Shown: positions 37,480 to 48,951, counted from the first letter of the stretch. The stretch: DNA of 64,000 nucleotides from Azolla caroliniana (GCA_043228905.1 JBHGNT010000007.1:8742001-8806000), one strand, 5' to 3'. A program made the numbers and translations. Notes: generated from the letters alone by a model not told the origin.

Positions 37480-37802
37480 AAAAAACGTTATTGTGCGGTC
37501 GGATCGTGACGGGGCCTGGACGATGGTTCTAGGTGGGGGGATGACAAGGGCGTGGTTGTGGGCGTGGGCATTAGCGTAGGCGGGGGCAATGGTAGCTGAT
37601 GGAAGGGTTTCATGCGAGACTGGTGGGCAAAGGTAGAGCGGTTGTTGGAGGTGCGGTGGAGCAGATATGTAGTGTTGCGTATTTGCTTTTGAACTTGGAA
37701 GGGACCGATCCATCGGTGCATGAGCGACTTGCTGAGGCTGGATGACGGATGGGGAAATAGACGAGAACTTTGTCGCCGACGTGGTATTGATGGTCGGCGC
37801 GG
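37480..37802 (-). pseudogene. Element G integrase C-terminus
   Basis: YHVGDKVLVY, MHRWIGPF, HQSRMKPF. Confidence 0.85.
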
Positions 37803-38350
37803 TGTCGTGCCTTTCGGCTCCGGATCGTTTGCATGAGTCGGGTGGGAACCACTGGGGTTTTGGACTAGGAGAAAGAAAAATACAAATAAGGCTAGTAAAG
37901 AATAGGTATAAAGAGTTATAAGATAAGAATCTCGTGAATCCCACGAGTTTAGTATATTTAGTCAATATTTAGGTAGTAAGAGAGAATTATTTTAGCAAAT
38001 TCGTGAATCCCACGAATATTTTAGATTGATTGATCATTATAGAAAAATAATCAACAAAAAATACAATGTGCTCCCCATCCTTATATAGTGATGGGAGAGA
38101 CTAAGCATAGCTATATGCTTTTTCTAATATGTTCATGCACACTAAATGTGCATGTGATGCTTTTCTAATCCTTGCTTTTATTTGCTAAATATAGTGCTCA
38201 TGCACGCTAGATGTGCATGAGTCACTTTTTAGTTGCTTGCGTTTATCTATAAAATATTCACGCACTCTAAAAATACATGATTTACCTTTTAATAAAGGTA
38301 GGCGCAAATAAAGCATTTATAGTTATTAAATCTATTTATAGAACACTAAA

Positions 38351-38422
38351 GATAAGGTAGCATAATGGTAAAGTTGAGGTTTGGCTACGTGGAGGTACAA
38401 GGTTCGAATCTTGCCCTATGCA
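38351..38422 (+). promoter_or_regulatory. tRNA-like Pol III type-2 cassette (A and B box) in the 3' LTR of H
   Basis: A box TAGCATAATGG 38358-38368; T-arm CAAGG-TTCGAAT-CTTG; T-runs ~25 nt downstream. Confidence 0.6.
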
Positions 38423-38484
38423 CGTGATAAATATCTTGATATTCTTATTTTATTTTTATTTTTATTTATATGTAATTAAATCGG

Positions 38485-40548
38485 TTATATTATTTTTACT
38501 TTTTCACGTAGTGTACGAAATACACTACGACACTCGCCCCCTCCGAACCCGCACATCCTCCGGTATGTGCCGAAGTTGCCGATGCTCGTTGTCTCCCCTT
38601 CATCCTCCGTTTGTCCCGCTATGTCAACTTTGTCTCTCCATTTTGAGTAGACCCATTCTTTCCACCCGAACCATTGTCGCCATCCGATCCACCATATTCT
38701 TTGTTCTCTCTCGTCATATTCTTGGCCCTTGTCATTCGTGGTAGTGTCTTTTACTGGCCTCTTTCTTGTCTTCATCAACCTTGACTTTTTTCCGGATCGC
38801 ACTCGTCCGATCGACTTTCGGTTTGATCGGCTTTCGATCGGATTCGTATTCGGCCGAATCGGAATCGGTTGTTCGGTTTCGATTGAGTCGGTCTCCTTCC
38901 GGCCCGGTTTCGATCTATCGGTTTTGGTTTCGGTTGGCTTTCTTTTCCTCGTTTTCACCAGCCTCGACCGGTCCAACCTTCGGTTGAGTCGGATTAGCTT
39001 CTTTCCGGATCGGTCTCGTCCGATCGGCTTTCGGCTAGGTCGGCTTCCATCCATATTCGCGTTCGGCCAAGTCAGACTCAGTCGATCGGTTTTGACCGAG
39101 TCGACCCCTTTTCGGGTCGGCTTTCTTTCGGGTCGTCTTTCGGCTGAATCCTCATTTGCCCGGTTCGGCTTTCGTTTGTATCGTCTTTCAGTCGAATCCT
39201 CTTTTACCCGGTTCGGCTTTCTTTCGGGTCGACTTTTGGTCGAATCCTCTTTTACCCGGTTCGGCTTTCTTTCGGATCGGAATCCCGTCCGGATCACCTT
39301 CCATCCGAACCGGCTTCCGACTTTACCTTTCTTGCTGCCACCTTCCGTCTCTCCGGTCTCACGTTGGTTCTCGGACACAACTGCCGAAGTCTCTAGAATT
39401 AGTGGGTAGGAATCCTCGGTATTATCATCCTCCATTGTTTCACCCATAGCCATATTCTCGGCTATCTCTCTGTTGTATGCATCGACTTCGACCTTTGTTT
39501 TCTCACCGCCACCTTCCGTCTCTTCGGTCTCACGTTGCCTTTCGAACGCAACCGCCGGAGTCTCTAGAATCAGTGGTGGGGAAGTCTCGATATGGCCATC
39601 CGTCGTTGATTCGTCCATAGCCACCTTCGATTCGATGTCATCTTTCGTGGCGACCTCCTCAATCAAGTCCTCTTTGCTCTCTTTCACTGCATCAATTATG
39701 CTTACCCCTTTTTCACCCGATGTTTCAATCACTTGTATTCTGAAATCTTCTTCTACACTTGGGTTATCAGCCTTATCCTTCGTCGTTGTTCTTTCGCAAG
39801 ACAAGAGGGTAGCTTGTTTTACACCCTCTTCCATCGCACCATCATGTTGTATTTCGGCCTTCATATTGGCTTCATCGTTTTTCCTCAATCGACCATCCTT
39901 CATGGGCCATGTCGTTGTTGACGAGATTCTCAGCTTCCTTTCATCATGTCTTCGGCATACCCTTTCGACTTTGGCCCAATCCTCGGTAAGGCCGTTCGCA
40001 CCGTCATCATCTTCGAGTTCGATCCCAATGTCCATCCTTTCTTTTCGATCGATCGATTTTACGAACATTAGGACTTTGTCCTCCCCCACCAATCTTTGTT
40101 CCTGCTCCGAGAGTCGAGAAAAACGATGCTCGAACTCTAGGAATGCTTGTGTTGCACTTTGGTGGGTCTTCTCCGATGCCACCCATTCGTCGAATTCTCG
40201 CCGATCTTTTCCCTTCGATCTCTTGTAATCATATGCCTCTCGTAAAGCTTCTTCGAATGACCCCCATGTCGAATTTTGTTGCCGTATCTTGTGGATTCTC
40301 TCTTGTAGCTCATCCGTGGCCACCCGATTGAAGGATGTCACTTGCAATCCTTCCGGTATCCCACATCGTATCATCTCCGCCTTGTAGTCACGTAGATAGC
40401 GTGACACATCGTTTCCGTTGAATTGTCCGTTTCGTTGTACGAGCCGCTTTACTGCCCCCGTGATCTCCGACATCAGTCGTTGTTCTTGTAGCATCCGCTC
40501 GAACATCATCATCATCGTTATGCTCATTGCCTCTTGTTGATTCTCCAT
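38485..40548 (-). CDS. gag: Intact Gag-like protein of H (~687 aa from first ATG) with acidic then basic low-complexity tail
   Basis: Open frame 38485-40569; N-terminal ~200 aa aligns by eye with B gag (FNGNDVSRYLRDYKAEM / FGGKDATSYLEAYRAEM; VLMFVKSID; GLTEDW). Confidence 0.8.
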   Translation of the reverse strand: MENQQEAMSITMMMMFERMLQEQRLMSEITGAVKRLVQRNGQFNGNDVSRYLRDYKAEMIRCGIPEGLQVTSFNRVATDELQERIHKIRQQNSTWGSFEEALREAYDYKRSKGKDRREFDEWVASEKTHQSATQAFLEFEHRFSRLSEQEQRLVGEDKVLMFVKSIDRKERMDIGIELEDDDGANGLTEDWAKVERVCRRHDERKLRISSTTTWPMKDGRLRKNDEANMKAEIQHDGAMEEGVKQATLLSCERTTTKDKADNPSVEEDFRIQVIETSGEKGVSIIDAVKESKEDLIEEVATKDDIESKVAMDESTTDGHIETSPPLILETPAVAFERQRETEETEGGGEKTKVEVDAYNREIAENMAMGETMEDDNTEDSYPLILETSAVVSENQRETGETEGGSKKGKVGSRFGWKVIRTGFRSERKPNRVKEDSTKSRPERKPNRVKEDSTERRYKRKPNRANEDSAERRPERKPTRKGVDSVKTDRLSLTWPNANMDGSRPSRKPIGRDRSGKKLIRLNRRLDRSRLVKTRKRKPTETKTDRSKPGRKETDSIETEQPIPIRPNTNPIESRSNRKSIGRVRSGKKSRLMKTRKRPVKDTTTNDKGQEYDEREQRIWWIGWRQWFGWKEWVYSKWRDKVDIAGQTEDEGETTSIGNFGTYRRMCGFGGGECRSVFRTLREKVKII

Positions 40549-41135
40549 CTCCTTGCCACCCGCCTTCACGTCGGGTTCACCAACTTGTGTCGTGCCTTTC
40601 GGCTCCGGATCGTTTGCGTGAGTCGGGTGGGAACCACTGGGGTTTTGGACTAGGAGAAAGAAAAATACAAATAAGGCTAGTAAAGAATAGGTATAAAGAG
40701 TTATAAGATAAGAATCTCGTGAATCCCACGAGTTTAGTATATTTAGTCAATATTTAGGTAGTAAGAGAGAATTATTTTAGCAAATTCGTGAATCCCACGA
40801 ATACTTTAGATTGATTGATCATTATAGAAAAATAATCAACAAAAAATACAATGTGCTCCCCATCCTTATATAGTGATGGGAGAGACTAAGCATAGCTACA
40901 TGCTTTTTCTAATATGTTCATGCACACTAAATGTGCATGTGATGCTTTTCTAATCCTTGCTTTTATTTGCTAAATATAGTGCTCATGCACGCTAGATGTG
41001 CATGAGTCACTTTTTAGTTGCTTGCGTTTATCTATAAAATATTCACGCACTCTAAAAATACATGATTTACCTTTTAATAAAGGTAGGCGCAAATAAAGCA
41101 TTTATAGTTATTAAATCTATTTATAGAACACTAAA

Positions 41136-41207
41136 GATAAGGTAGCATAATGGTAAAGTTGAGGTTTGGCTATGTGGTGGTACAAGGTTCGAATCTTGCC
41201 CTATGCA
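41136..41207 (+). promoter_or_regulatory. tRNA-like Pol III cassette in the 5' LTR of H
   Basis: Copy of 38351-38422 with 2 substitutions outside the boxes. Confidence 0.6.
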
Positions 41208-41321
41208 CGTGATAAATATCTTGATATTCTTATTTTATTTTTATTTTTATTTATATGTAATTAAATCGGTTATATTATTTTTACTTTTTCACGTAGTGTA
41301 CGAAATACACTACGACAGCGG

Positions 41322-42400
41322 CCGGCATCGTGTTGTCGTGTTTGGCGTAGCTGTGCTTGGAGCAGGTTGCTCGTGATGGTTTTGCGGAGGAGGGGGTTGT
41401 TGCAAGTGGGACCACCAGGACGCTCCGTCAGAGTGGAGTCATGTGATTGGTTGCGGGACTGCCACTTCTGGGGGTAAGCGCGGGTCCCTTCCGTAAAGGC
41501 CCGAAATGGGCTAATGCGGGTGGAGGCTTGCACAGTTGTGTTGTAGGCATGCGTAACGAAGGGCAAGATCTGGTCCCAGGTCGAGTGCAGCGGATCGATG
41601 TAGGCCGAGATTTGTTGTTTTAAGGTTCGATTGAGGTGCTCCGTCAATCCATTCGTCTGCGGATGGTAGGGTGACGTGAATAATTGTTGGATTCCTAATT
41701 GTGTAGAAACTAGGCATAGGAGCTCACTGTTGAACTGGGGTCCTCGATCATACAAGATTTGGAGTAGGCAACCATGGGGGAAGATGATTTTCTCCAATAG
41801 TTTGGAGGCGATGGTCATAGCCTTGGCCTTTGGAATAGCGGTCGTCTTAGCCCAACGCGTCAAGTACTCGGTTATGACGAGGATGAATTTGTTCCCTTCT
41901 TGTGACTCGGGAAAGGGGCCCATAATGTCCCATCTGACAATTTCAAATGGAGCTTGAACTTGTATTGGATGTAAGAAGCCTTGAGCCACTTGAGGTGATT
42001 TGATGGCCTGACATAAGTTGCATGCTTTGATGTAGGAAAAAGCAGGACATTATCCTGGATCATGAATTGCTTGGTGAGGGATGATGTGGGCTCGGCTCGT
42101 AGGCGGTGGCAGATGTCTTGGATTTTTTTGTCGTGTTGTTGCATGTTGGCTATTTGGGACGAGGATATGGGAAAATTGATTGTGTCAGAGGCGATCTGGT
42201 TCGCCTAAAAGGATATGCGGGATAATCCATCGGCGACGATGTTCTGGGGACCACGACGATAGCGCAACGTGAATGTGTAATCCTGTAGCACCAAAGCCCA
42301 ATGGAGTAAGCGACCGGGTGGATGAACCTTCTTTATGAGTGAGAGCAATGGCTGATGGTCGGTTTCGACTGATGTATTTGATCCGTGTAGGTATGGGTGG
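41322..42400 (-). pseudogene. Element G RNase H end and integrase
   Basis: NIVADGLSR; WDIMGPFP...EYLTRWA; TSPYHPQTNGLTE.LNRTLKQ. Confidence 0.88.
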
Positions 42401-42689
42401 AAACGATGGAATGCCTAGACGATGGCGAGCAACTCTTTTTCGGTTGTCGAGTAATTTTGTTCGGGTTTGGTAAGTGACTGACTTATGTAGGCACGGGGTC
42501 GGCTTGATCGTGGTATAAACGGGAGAAGTTGATGACGTGGAGGTGTGGATGTGCGGGGGCGGCTCGATCGTGGGAGAAATGGGAGAAGTTGATGACGTGG
42601 AGGCGTGGATGTGCAGGGGCGGCACGCCGCACATTAGTTTTCCAGGAGCTCAGAGAGGGAGGCAACGTCGGCTAATTGGACATTCTGCT

Positions 42690-43590
42690 TCTGTTGGTGA
42701 TTTTGCCACTTTTGGCAGTGACGCCGAATGTGGCCATAGTTGTTGCAGTAGAAACATTTGGGGCGTCCTTGGCTATCTCGTTCGGGCAATGCACGCTTGG
42801 GCGTAATTGCGCGTTTTGGAGTCGATGTCTATGGGAGTGGCGGCTGCCATAGTGTTTGTATGATCATGACTGGGATTACCTGGTCTGTGCATCTCGTGCG
42901 CGTCTGCAGCTTCGATGCGTTGGGCGGTGAGGATGGGTTCGTGTAGTGTCGTCAGGCCTTGATCGCGTACACGGCGGCGGAGGTCATGTCCGATACGCGG
43001 CCAGAAGAAAAACAACTTCATGTCTTCTGACATGTTGGCATCAGCCCCACGTAGGATCTGCACAAACTGAACCATGACCTGGGTGATGGGTTCGCGTGGC
43101 TGTTGGGCAATTGACTCGAGTTGTTGTAGGGCCATCTGGTGGGAGTCTTGATGAGCAAAAATCCGAATCATGGTTGCCCGTAACAGATCCCAGTCATTGC
43201 GTGTCTCTTTGGGTTGTTGTACGAGCCATGTTGCTGCGATATTCTCGAGGAGTGTCTTCATTTCCATTGCCTTTTGGGGCTATGGCCACTGGTGGTAACT
43301 GGCCACCATTTCGAAATGACCCAGCCAAGAGAGGACGTCTTCCAATGGTAAGCCGGAGAATGGTTTTGGGCAAACTCGAGGGTCCGGGAGATTCTGTTTT
43401 GGCTCGGATCGTGCTGAAAGAAATGACAACATGGCTTGGTTAGTATGGTTAGCTTGTAAAATAATGTTGGACAGGGCTTGAACCAGTTGGTTGATTGGCG
43501 ATGTGGGCTGTTGGTCTTGAATTTGTTGTTGGAGGAATTCTGGATACATTGAGTTGACGTTGCCGCCGTTGTTGTCGTGTTGCATCGTGA
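42690..43590 (-). pseudogene. gag: Element G gag
   Basis: PKPFSGLPLEDVLSWLGHFE; zinc knuckle CFYCNNYGHIRRHC ~42715-42760. Confidence 0.8.
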
Positions 43591-44123
43591 CGTGTGTTGT
43601 TGGGGTCGTGAGTTGGGGTTGCTTTTTCCCGTCTTCTCCACCAAGATGTGAAATGCTCTCAAGAATAGCTCCCATTCCATTACGTTCTAAGTTACATTTT
43701 ATAGACTACTCTTAACGTGGAGGGTGCTCTCCCGCTCCAATTAGCTCTTCTAATTATGGGGCTTGGTAGGGGCCTCGTTTGGGTGTGGTCCATGTGGTGG
43801 TAGGGGCCTAATTTGAGTGCCCTAATTTGGGTGTGGTCCATGTGACCGCCACAATATTAGCCCATTGAACTAAATTTGCCTCGCATCAAAAGTACGAGGT
43901 TTATTGTTTAATTAAAGTAATGACATTTCTCGATTATTCATTCAAGGGGATAAAATCACCTTTCACTTAAAATGAAACATACATGATGCTCTCCTTTAGT
44001 AAACGAAGAACCACGAAGGCAACACTAGGATATCATTTGTCATCTTGCGTTTCCGCAATTTATGGTTAATTGAGATTTTATTTTATTTTAGAGAAACATC
44101 CTTCAACTCTGTCAAGTCCATAC

Positions 44124-44196
44124 TCCATTGTAGTCTAGTTGGTAAGGATACTTGGCTATCACCCGATCTACCGGGGTTCAAGGCGCGGCAATGGAA
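44124..44196 (+). pseudogene. tRNA-Glu pseudogene (anticodon mutated to ATC)
   Basis: T-arm and anticodon stem mismatches. Confidence 0.75.
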
Positions 44197-44782
44197 ACAT
44201 CAAGTCTAGTTCAGGTTGCATCTTATACGAATAAAGTCTCATAATTGATAAATACGAGACATAAAACCTTGTGCTATAAAACCTTGTGCTGACATAATCT
44301 AAATGTTGTGGGTCACAATCGTGGCCTCCAATTTCCAATATCAATGCGTATCGAATTTGAAAGTATAATACGTGTTGCAAAACTTCTCAAATTAGGTGTT
44401 ACCATAAATATCTGATTAATTCTTGTGGGTTAGAATTATTCACTTTATTCCCAAGCATTGAGCAATCTTTTAATTTGATAAACAATTCGTCTTCTATAAC
44501 ATAAAGCTTAACATATTAGCCCATTGAACTCAATTTCACTCGCATCAAAAGTACGAGGTTTATTGTTTAATTAAATTAATGACATTTCTTGATTATTCAT
44601 TCAAGGGAATAAAATCACATTTCACTTAAAACGAAACATAGTTGATGCTCTCCTTTAGTAAACGGAGAACCACGAAGGCAACACTAGCAGATCATGTGTC
44701 ATCTTGCGTTTCCGTAATTTATGGTTAATTGAGATTTTATTTTATTTTAGAGAAAAATCCTTCAACTTTGTCTACTCCAAAC

Positions 44783-44853
44783 TCCATTGTAGTCTAGTTG
44801 GTAAGGATACTCTGCTTTCACATGAGCGATCCGGGTTTAATACCACAATGGAA
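44783..44853 (+). pseudogene. tRNA-Glu pseudogene
   Basis: T-arm deletion. Confidence 0.8.
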
Positions 44854-45459
44854 ACATCAAGTCTAGTTCAACTTGCATCTTATTCGAAAAAAGTCTCATA
44901 ATTGACAAATACAATACATAAAGCCGTGTGGTGACATAATCTACATGTAGTAGGTTACAATGGTGCCCGCCAATTCGAAATATCCATGCGTATCGAAATT
45001 TGAAAGTATTATACGTGTTGAAAAACTTTAAGCGTATCATGTCACTTGCGCATTCAAAATTAGGTCCTACCATAAATATGTTATTAAATCTTGTATGTTA
45101 TAGTGGGTTAGAATTATTCAGTCTATTCCCAATCATTGAGGAAGATTTCAATTTAATAAAAAAAATTCTTCTATAACATAAAGCTTAACATATTAACCGA
45201 TTGAACTCAATTTCACTCGTATCAAAAGTACGAAGTGTAATGGTTTATTAAAGTAACGGCATTTCTCCATAATGCATTCAAGGGGATAAAATTATATTTC
45301 ACTTACATGGAAATATACTTGATGCTCTCGTTTAGTAAACGAAGAACCACAAAGGCAACAGTAAGATATCATGTGTCATCTTGCGTTTCCGCAATTTATG
45401 TTTAATTAAGATTTTATTTTAGTTTAGAGAAACATCCTTCAACTTTGTTAACTCCATAC

Positions 45460-45532
45460 TCCATTGTAGTCTAGTTACTTAGGATACTCTGCTTTCACCC
45501 GAGCGAACCGGCTTCAAGTACCGTCAATGGAA
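45460..45532 (+). pseudogene. tRNA-Glu pseudogene
   Basis: D-loop GG lost, B box broken. Confidence 0.8.
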
Positions 45533-46136
45533 ACATCAAGTTTAGTTCAACTTTGATCTTATACAAAGAAAGTCTCATAATTGATAAATACAAGACATAA
45601 AACCTTGTGGTGAGATAATCTACATGTTGTGGGTTACAATGGTGGCCTCGAATATCAAATATCCATGCGTATTGAATTTGAAAGTATAATTCGTGTTGAA
45701 AACATAAAGCGTATCATGTGAATTTCGCATTCAAAATTAGGTCCTAGCATAAATATCTGAATAAATCTTGTATGTTATCGTGGGTTAGAATTATTCACTC
45801 TATTCCTAATCATTGACGAATCTTTTAATTACACAAGAAATTCATCTTTTATAACATAAAGCTTAACATATTAGTCGATTAAATTTAATTTAACTCATAT
45901 CAAAAGTACGAGGTGTATTGTTTTATTAAAGAACAACATTTCTCCATAATTCATTCAAGGGTATAAAATCATATTTCACATTAAAGGAAATATACTTGAT
46001 GCTTTACTTTAGAGAATGAAGAACCACGAGGGAAACAGTAGGATATCATGTGTTATCTTGCGTTTCCGCTATTTATGGTTAATTGAGATTTTATTTTATT
46101 TTAGAGAAACATCCTTCAACTCTGTCAAGTCAATAC

Positions 46137-46209
46137 TCCATTGTAGTCTAGTTGGTAAGGATACTTGGCTATCACCTGATCTACCGGGGTTCAAGGCGCG
46201 GCAATGGAA
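46137..46209 (+). pseudogene. tRNA-Glu pseudogene (ATC), sister of 44124
   Basis: Shared diagnostic substitutions. Confidence 0.75.
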
Positions 46210-46786
46210 ACATCAAGTCTAGTTCAGGTTGCATCTTATACGAATAAAGTCTCATAATTGATAAATACGAGACATAAAACCTTGTGCTATAAAACCTTCT
46301 GCTGACATAATCTAAATGTTGTGGGTCACAATCATGGCCTCCAATTTCAAATATCCATGCGTATCGAATTTGAAAGTATAATATGTGTTGGAGAACTTCT
46401 CCAATTAGGTGTTACCATAAATATCTGATTAAATCTTTTGGGTTAGAATTATTCACTTTATTCCCAAGCATTGAGGAATCTTTTAATTTGATAAACAATT
46501 CGTCTTCTATAACATAAAGCTTAACATATTAGCCGATTGAACTCAATTTCACTCATATGAAAAGTACGAGGTATATTGTTTAATTAAAGTAATGACATTT
46601 CTCGATAATTCCTTCAAGGGGATAAAATCACCTTTCACTTAAAAGGAAACATACTTGATGCTATGTTTTAGTAAATGAAGAACCATGAAGGCAACAGTAG
46701 GATATCATGTGTCACCTTGCGTTTATTGTTAATAGAGATTTTATTTTATTTTAGAGAAACATCCTTCAACTTTGTGAGTTCTATAC

Positions 46787-46859
46787 TCCATTCTAGTATA
46801 GTTGGTTAGGATGCTCGGTTTTCACCCGAGCGACCCGGGTTCAAGTCCCGGCAATGGAA
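46787..46859 (+). tRNA. tRNA-Glu(UUC) variant, probably impaired
   Basis: G7C, D-stem mismatch, internal TTTT; T-arm intact. Confidence 0.45.
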
Positions 46860-47441
46860 ACATCAAGTCTAGTTCAAGTTACATCTTATACGAAAAAATC
46901 TAATAGTCGACAAGTACAAGACATAAAACCTTTTGGTGACATAATCTACATGTAGTGTGTTACAATGGTGGCCTCCAATTCCAATTGAATTTAAAAGTAT
47001 AATACGTGTTGCAAAACCTAAAGCGTATCATGTGACTTGTGCATTCCAAATTACGTCTTACCATAAATATCTGATTAAATCTTGTGGGTTAGAATTATTC
47101 ACTTTATTCCCAAGCATTGAGCAATCTTTTAATTTGATAAAAAATTCGTCTTCTATAACATAAAGGTTAAGATATGAGCCGATTGAACTCAATTTCACTC
47201 ATATGAAAAGTACGAGGTATATTGTTTTATTAAAGTAACGACATTTCTTGATTATTCAGTCAAGGGGATAAAATCACATTTTACTTAAATGGAAACATAC
47301 TTGATACTCTACTTTAGGAAACGGAGAACCACAAAGGCAAGACTACGATATCATGTGCCATCTTGCGTTTCTGCAATTAATGGTTAATTGAGATTTTATT
47401 TTATTTTAGATGAAAATCCTTGAATTTTGTCTACTCCATTC

Positions 47442-47514
47442 TCCATTGTAGTGTAGTTGGTTAGGATACTCGGCTTTCACCTGAGCGACCTGGGTTTAAG
47501 TCCTGATAATCGAA
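47442..47514 (+). pseudogene. tRNA-Glu pseudogene
   Basis: T-loop and acceptor mismatches. Confidence 0.8.
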
Positions 47515-48110
47515 ACATGAACTCTAGTTCATCTTGCATCTTATACGAAAAAAGTCTCGTAATTGACCAATACATGACATAAAACCTTGTGGTGAGATAA
47601 TGTAAATGTTGTGGGTTAAAATGGTTGCCGCCAATTCCAAATATCCATGCGTATTGAATTTGAAAGTATAATACGTGTTGAAAAACTTAAAGCATATCAT
47701 GTGACTTCTGCATTCAAAATAAGGTCCTACCATAAATATCTGATTAAATCTTGTATGTTATAGTGGGTTAGAATTATTCACTCTGTTCCTAATCATTGAG
47801 GACTCTTTTAATTTGACAAAAAAATCGTCTTCTATAACATAAAGCTTAACATATTAGCCGATTGAGCTATATTTTACTCGTATCAAAAGTAAGAGGTGTA
47901 TTGTGAACAACATTTCTCCATAACTCATTCAAGATGACAAAATCATATTTCACTTAAATGGAAACATACTTGATGCTCTCGTTTAGTAAACAAAGAACCA
48001 CGAAGCCAACACTAGGATATCATGTGTTATCTTGTGTTTCCACAATTTATAGTTAATTGAGATTTTATTTTATTTTAGAGAAACATCCTTCAAATTTCTC
48101 AAACCTATTC

Positions 48111-48183
48111 TCCATTGTAGTCTAGTTGGTTAGGATACTGGGCTTTCACTCCAGCGACCCGGGTTCAAGTCCTGGCAATGGAA
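48111..48183 (+). tRNA. tRNA-Glu(UUC) variant with altered anticodon stem CTGGG/TCCAG
   Basis: Pairing retained; A and B boxes intact. Confidence 0.6.
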
Positions 48184-48778
48184 ACATCAAGTCTATTTCA
48201 ACTTGCATCTTATACGAAAAAGGTCTCATAATTGACAAATAAAAGACATAAAACGTTGTGGTGACATAATCTTCATAGAGTGGGTTGCAATGGTGGCCTC
48301 CCATTTCAAATATCCATGCGTATCGAATTTGAAAGTATGATACGTGTTGAAAACCTAAAGCTTATCATGTGACTTACACATTCAAAATTAGGTGTTACCA
48401 TAAATATCTGATTAAATCTTGTGGGGTAGAACTATTCACTCTATTCCCAAGCATTGAGGAATCTTTTAATTTGATAAACAATTCGTCTTCTATAACATAA
48501 AGCTTAACATATTAGCCCATTGAACTCAATTTCACTCGCATCAAAAGTACGAGGAATATTGTTTAATTAAAGTAATGACATTTCTCGATTATTCATTCAA
48601 GGGGATAAAATCACCATTCACTTTAAACGAAACATACTTGATGCTCTCCTTCAATAAACGAAGAACCACGAACCCAACACTACGATATCATGTGTCATGT
48701 TGCATTTCCACAATTTATGGGTAATTGAGATTTTATTTTATTTTAGAGAAACATCCTCGAACATTGTCAAGTCCATAC

Positions 48779-48803
48779 TCCATTGTAGTCTAGTTGGTTC
48801 GGA
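48779..48803 (+). pseudogene. Truncated tRNA-Glu 5' fragment
   Basis: Deletion fuses it to the next unit. Confidence 0.7.
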
Positions 48804-48951
48804 GAAATACTTGATGCTCTGTTGTAGGAAACGATGAACCACGAAAGTAACCCTAGCATATCATGTGTCATCTTGTGTTTCCGTAATTTATGGTTAATTG
48901 AGATTTTATTTTATTTTAGAGAAAACTCCTTCAACTTTGTGAACTCCATAC

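Larger units (their letters stand above)
37803..41317 (-). mobile_element. Element H: young Gag-only (TR-GAG-like) LTR element nested in G
   Basis: 730-bp LTRs 37803-38532 and 40588-41317 with ~5 differences by eye; perfect TSD GCGG; 17-nt tRNA-Trp PBS 40566-40582; PPT next to 38533. Confidence 0.95.
37308..43853 (-). mobile_element. Element G: short-LTR Ty3/Gypsy inserted directly in the tRNA array; protease/RT deleted
   Basis: LTRs 37308-37466 and 43647-43853; 4-bp TSD ATAT; PBS TGGTGGAGAA (tRNA-Ala-like); PPT AGAAGGGGGAAC. Confidence 0.9.

Noticed and set aside
38729-40228. Plus-strand ORFs of 226 and 251 aa in H
   Set aside because: Antisense shadows of the repetitive Gag tail
44124-46209. 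Anticodon-switched tRNA-Asp(ATC) genes
   Set aside because: Anticodon and T stems are disrupted; two related pseudogene copies rather than functional recoding
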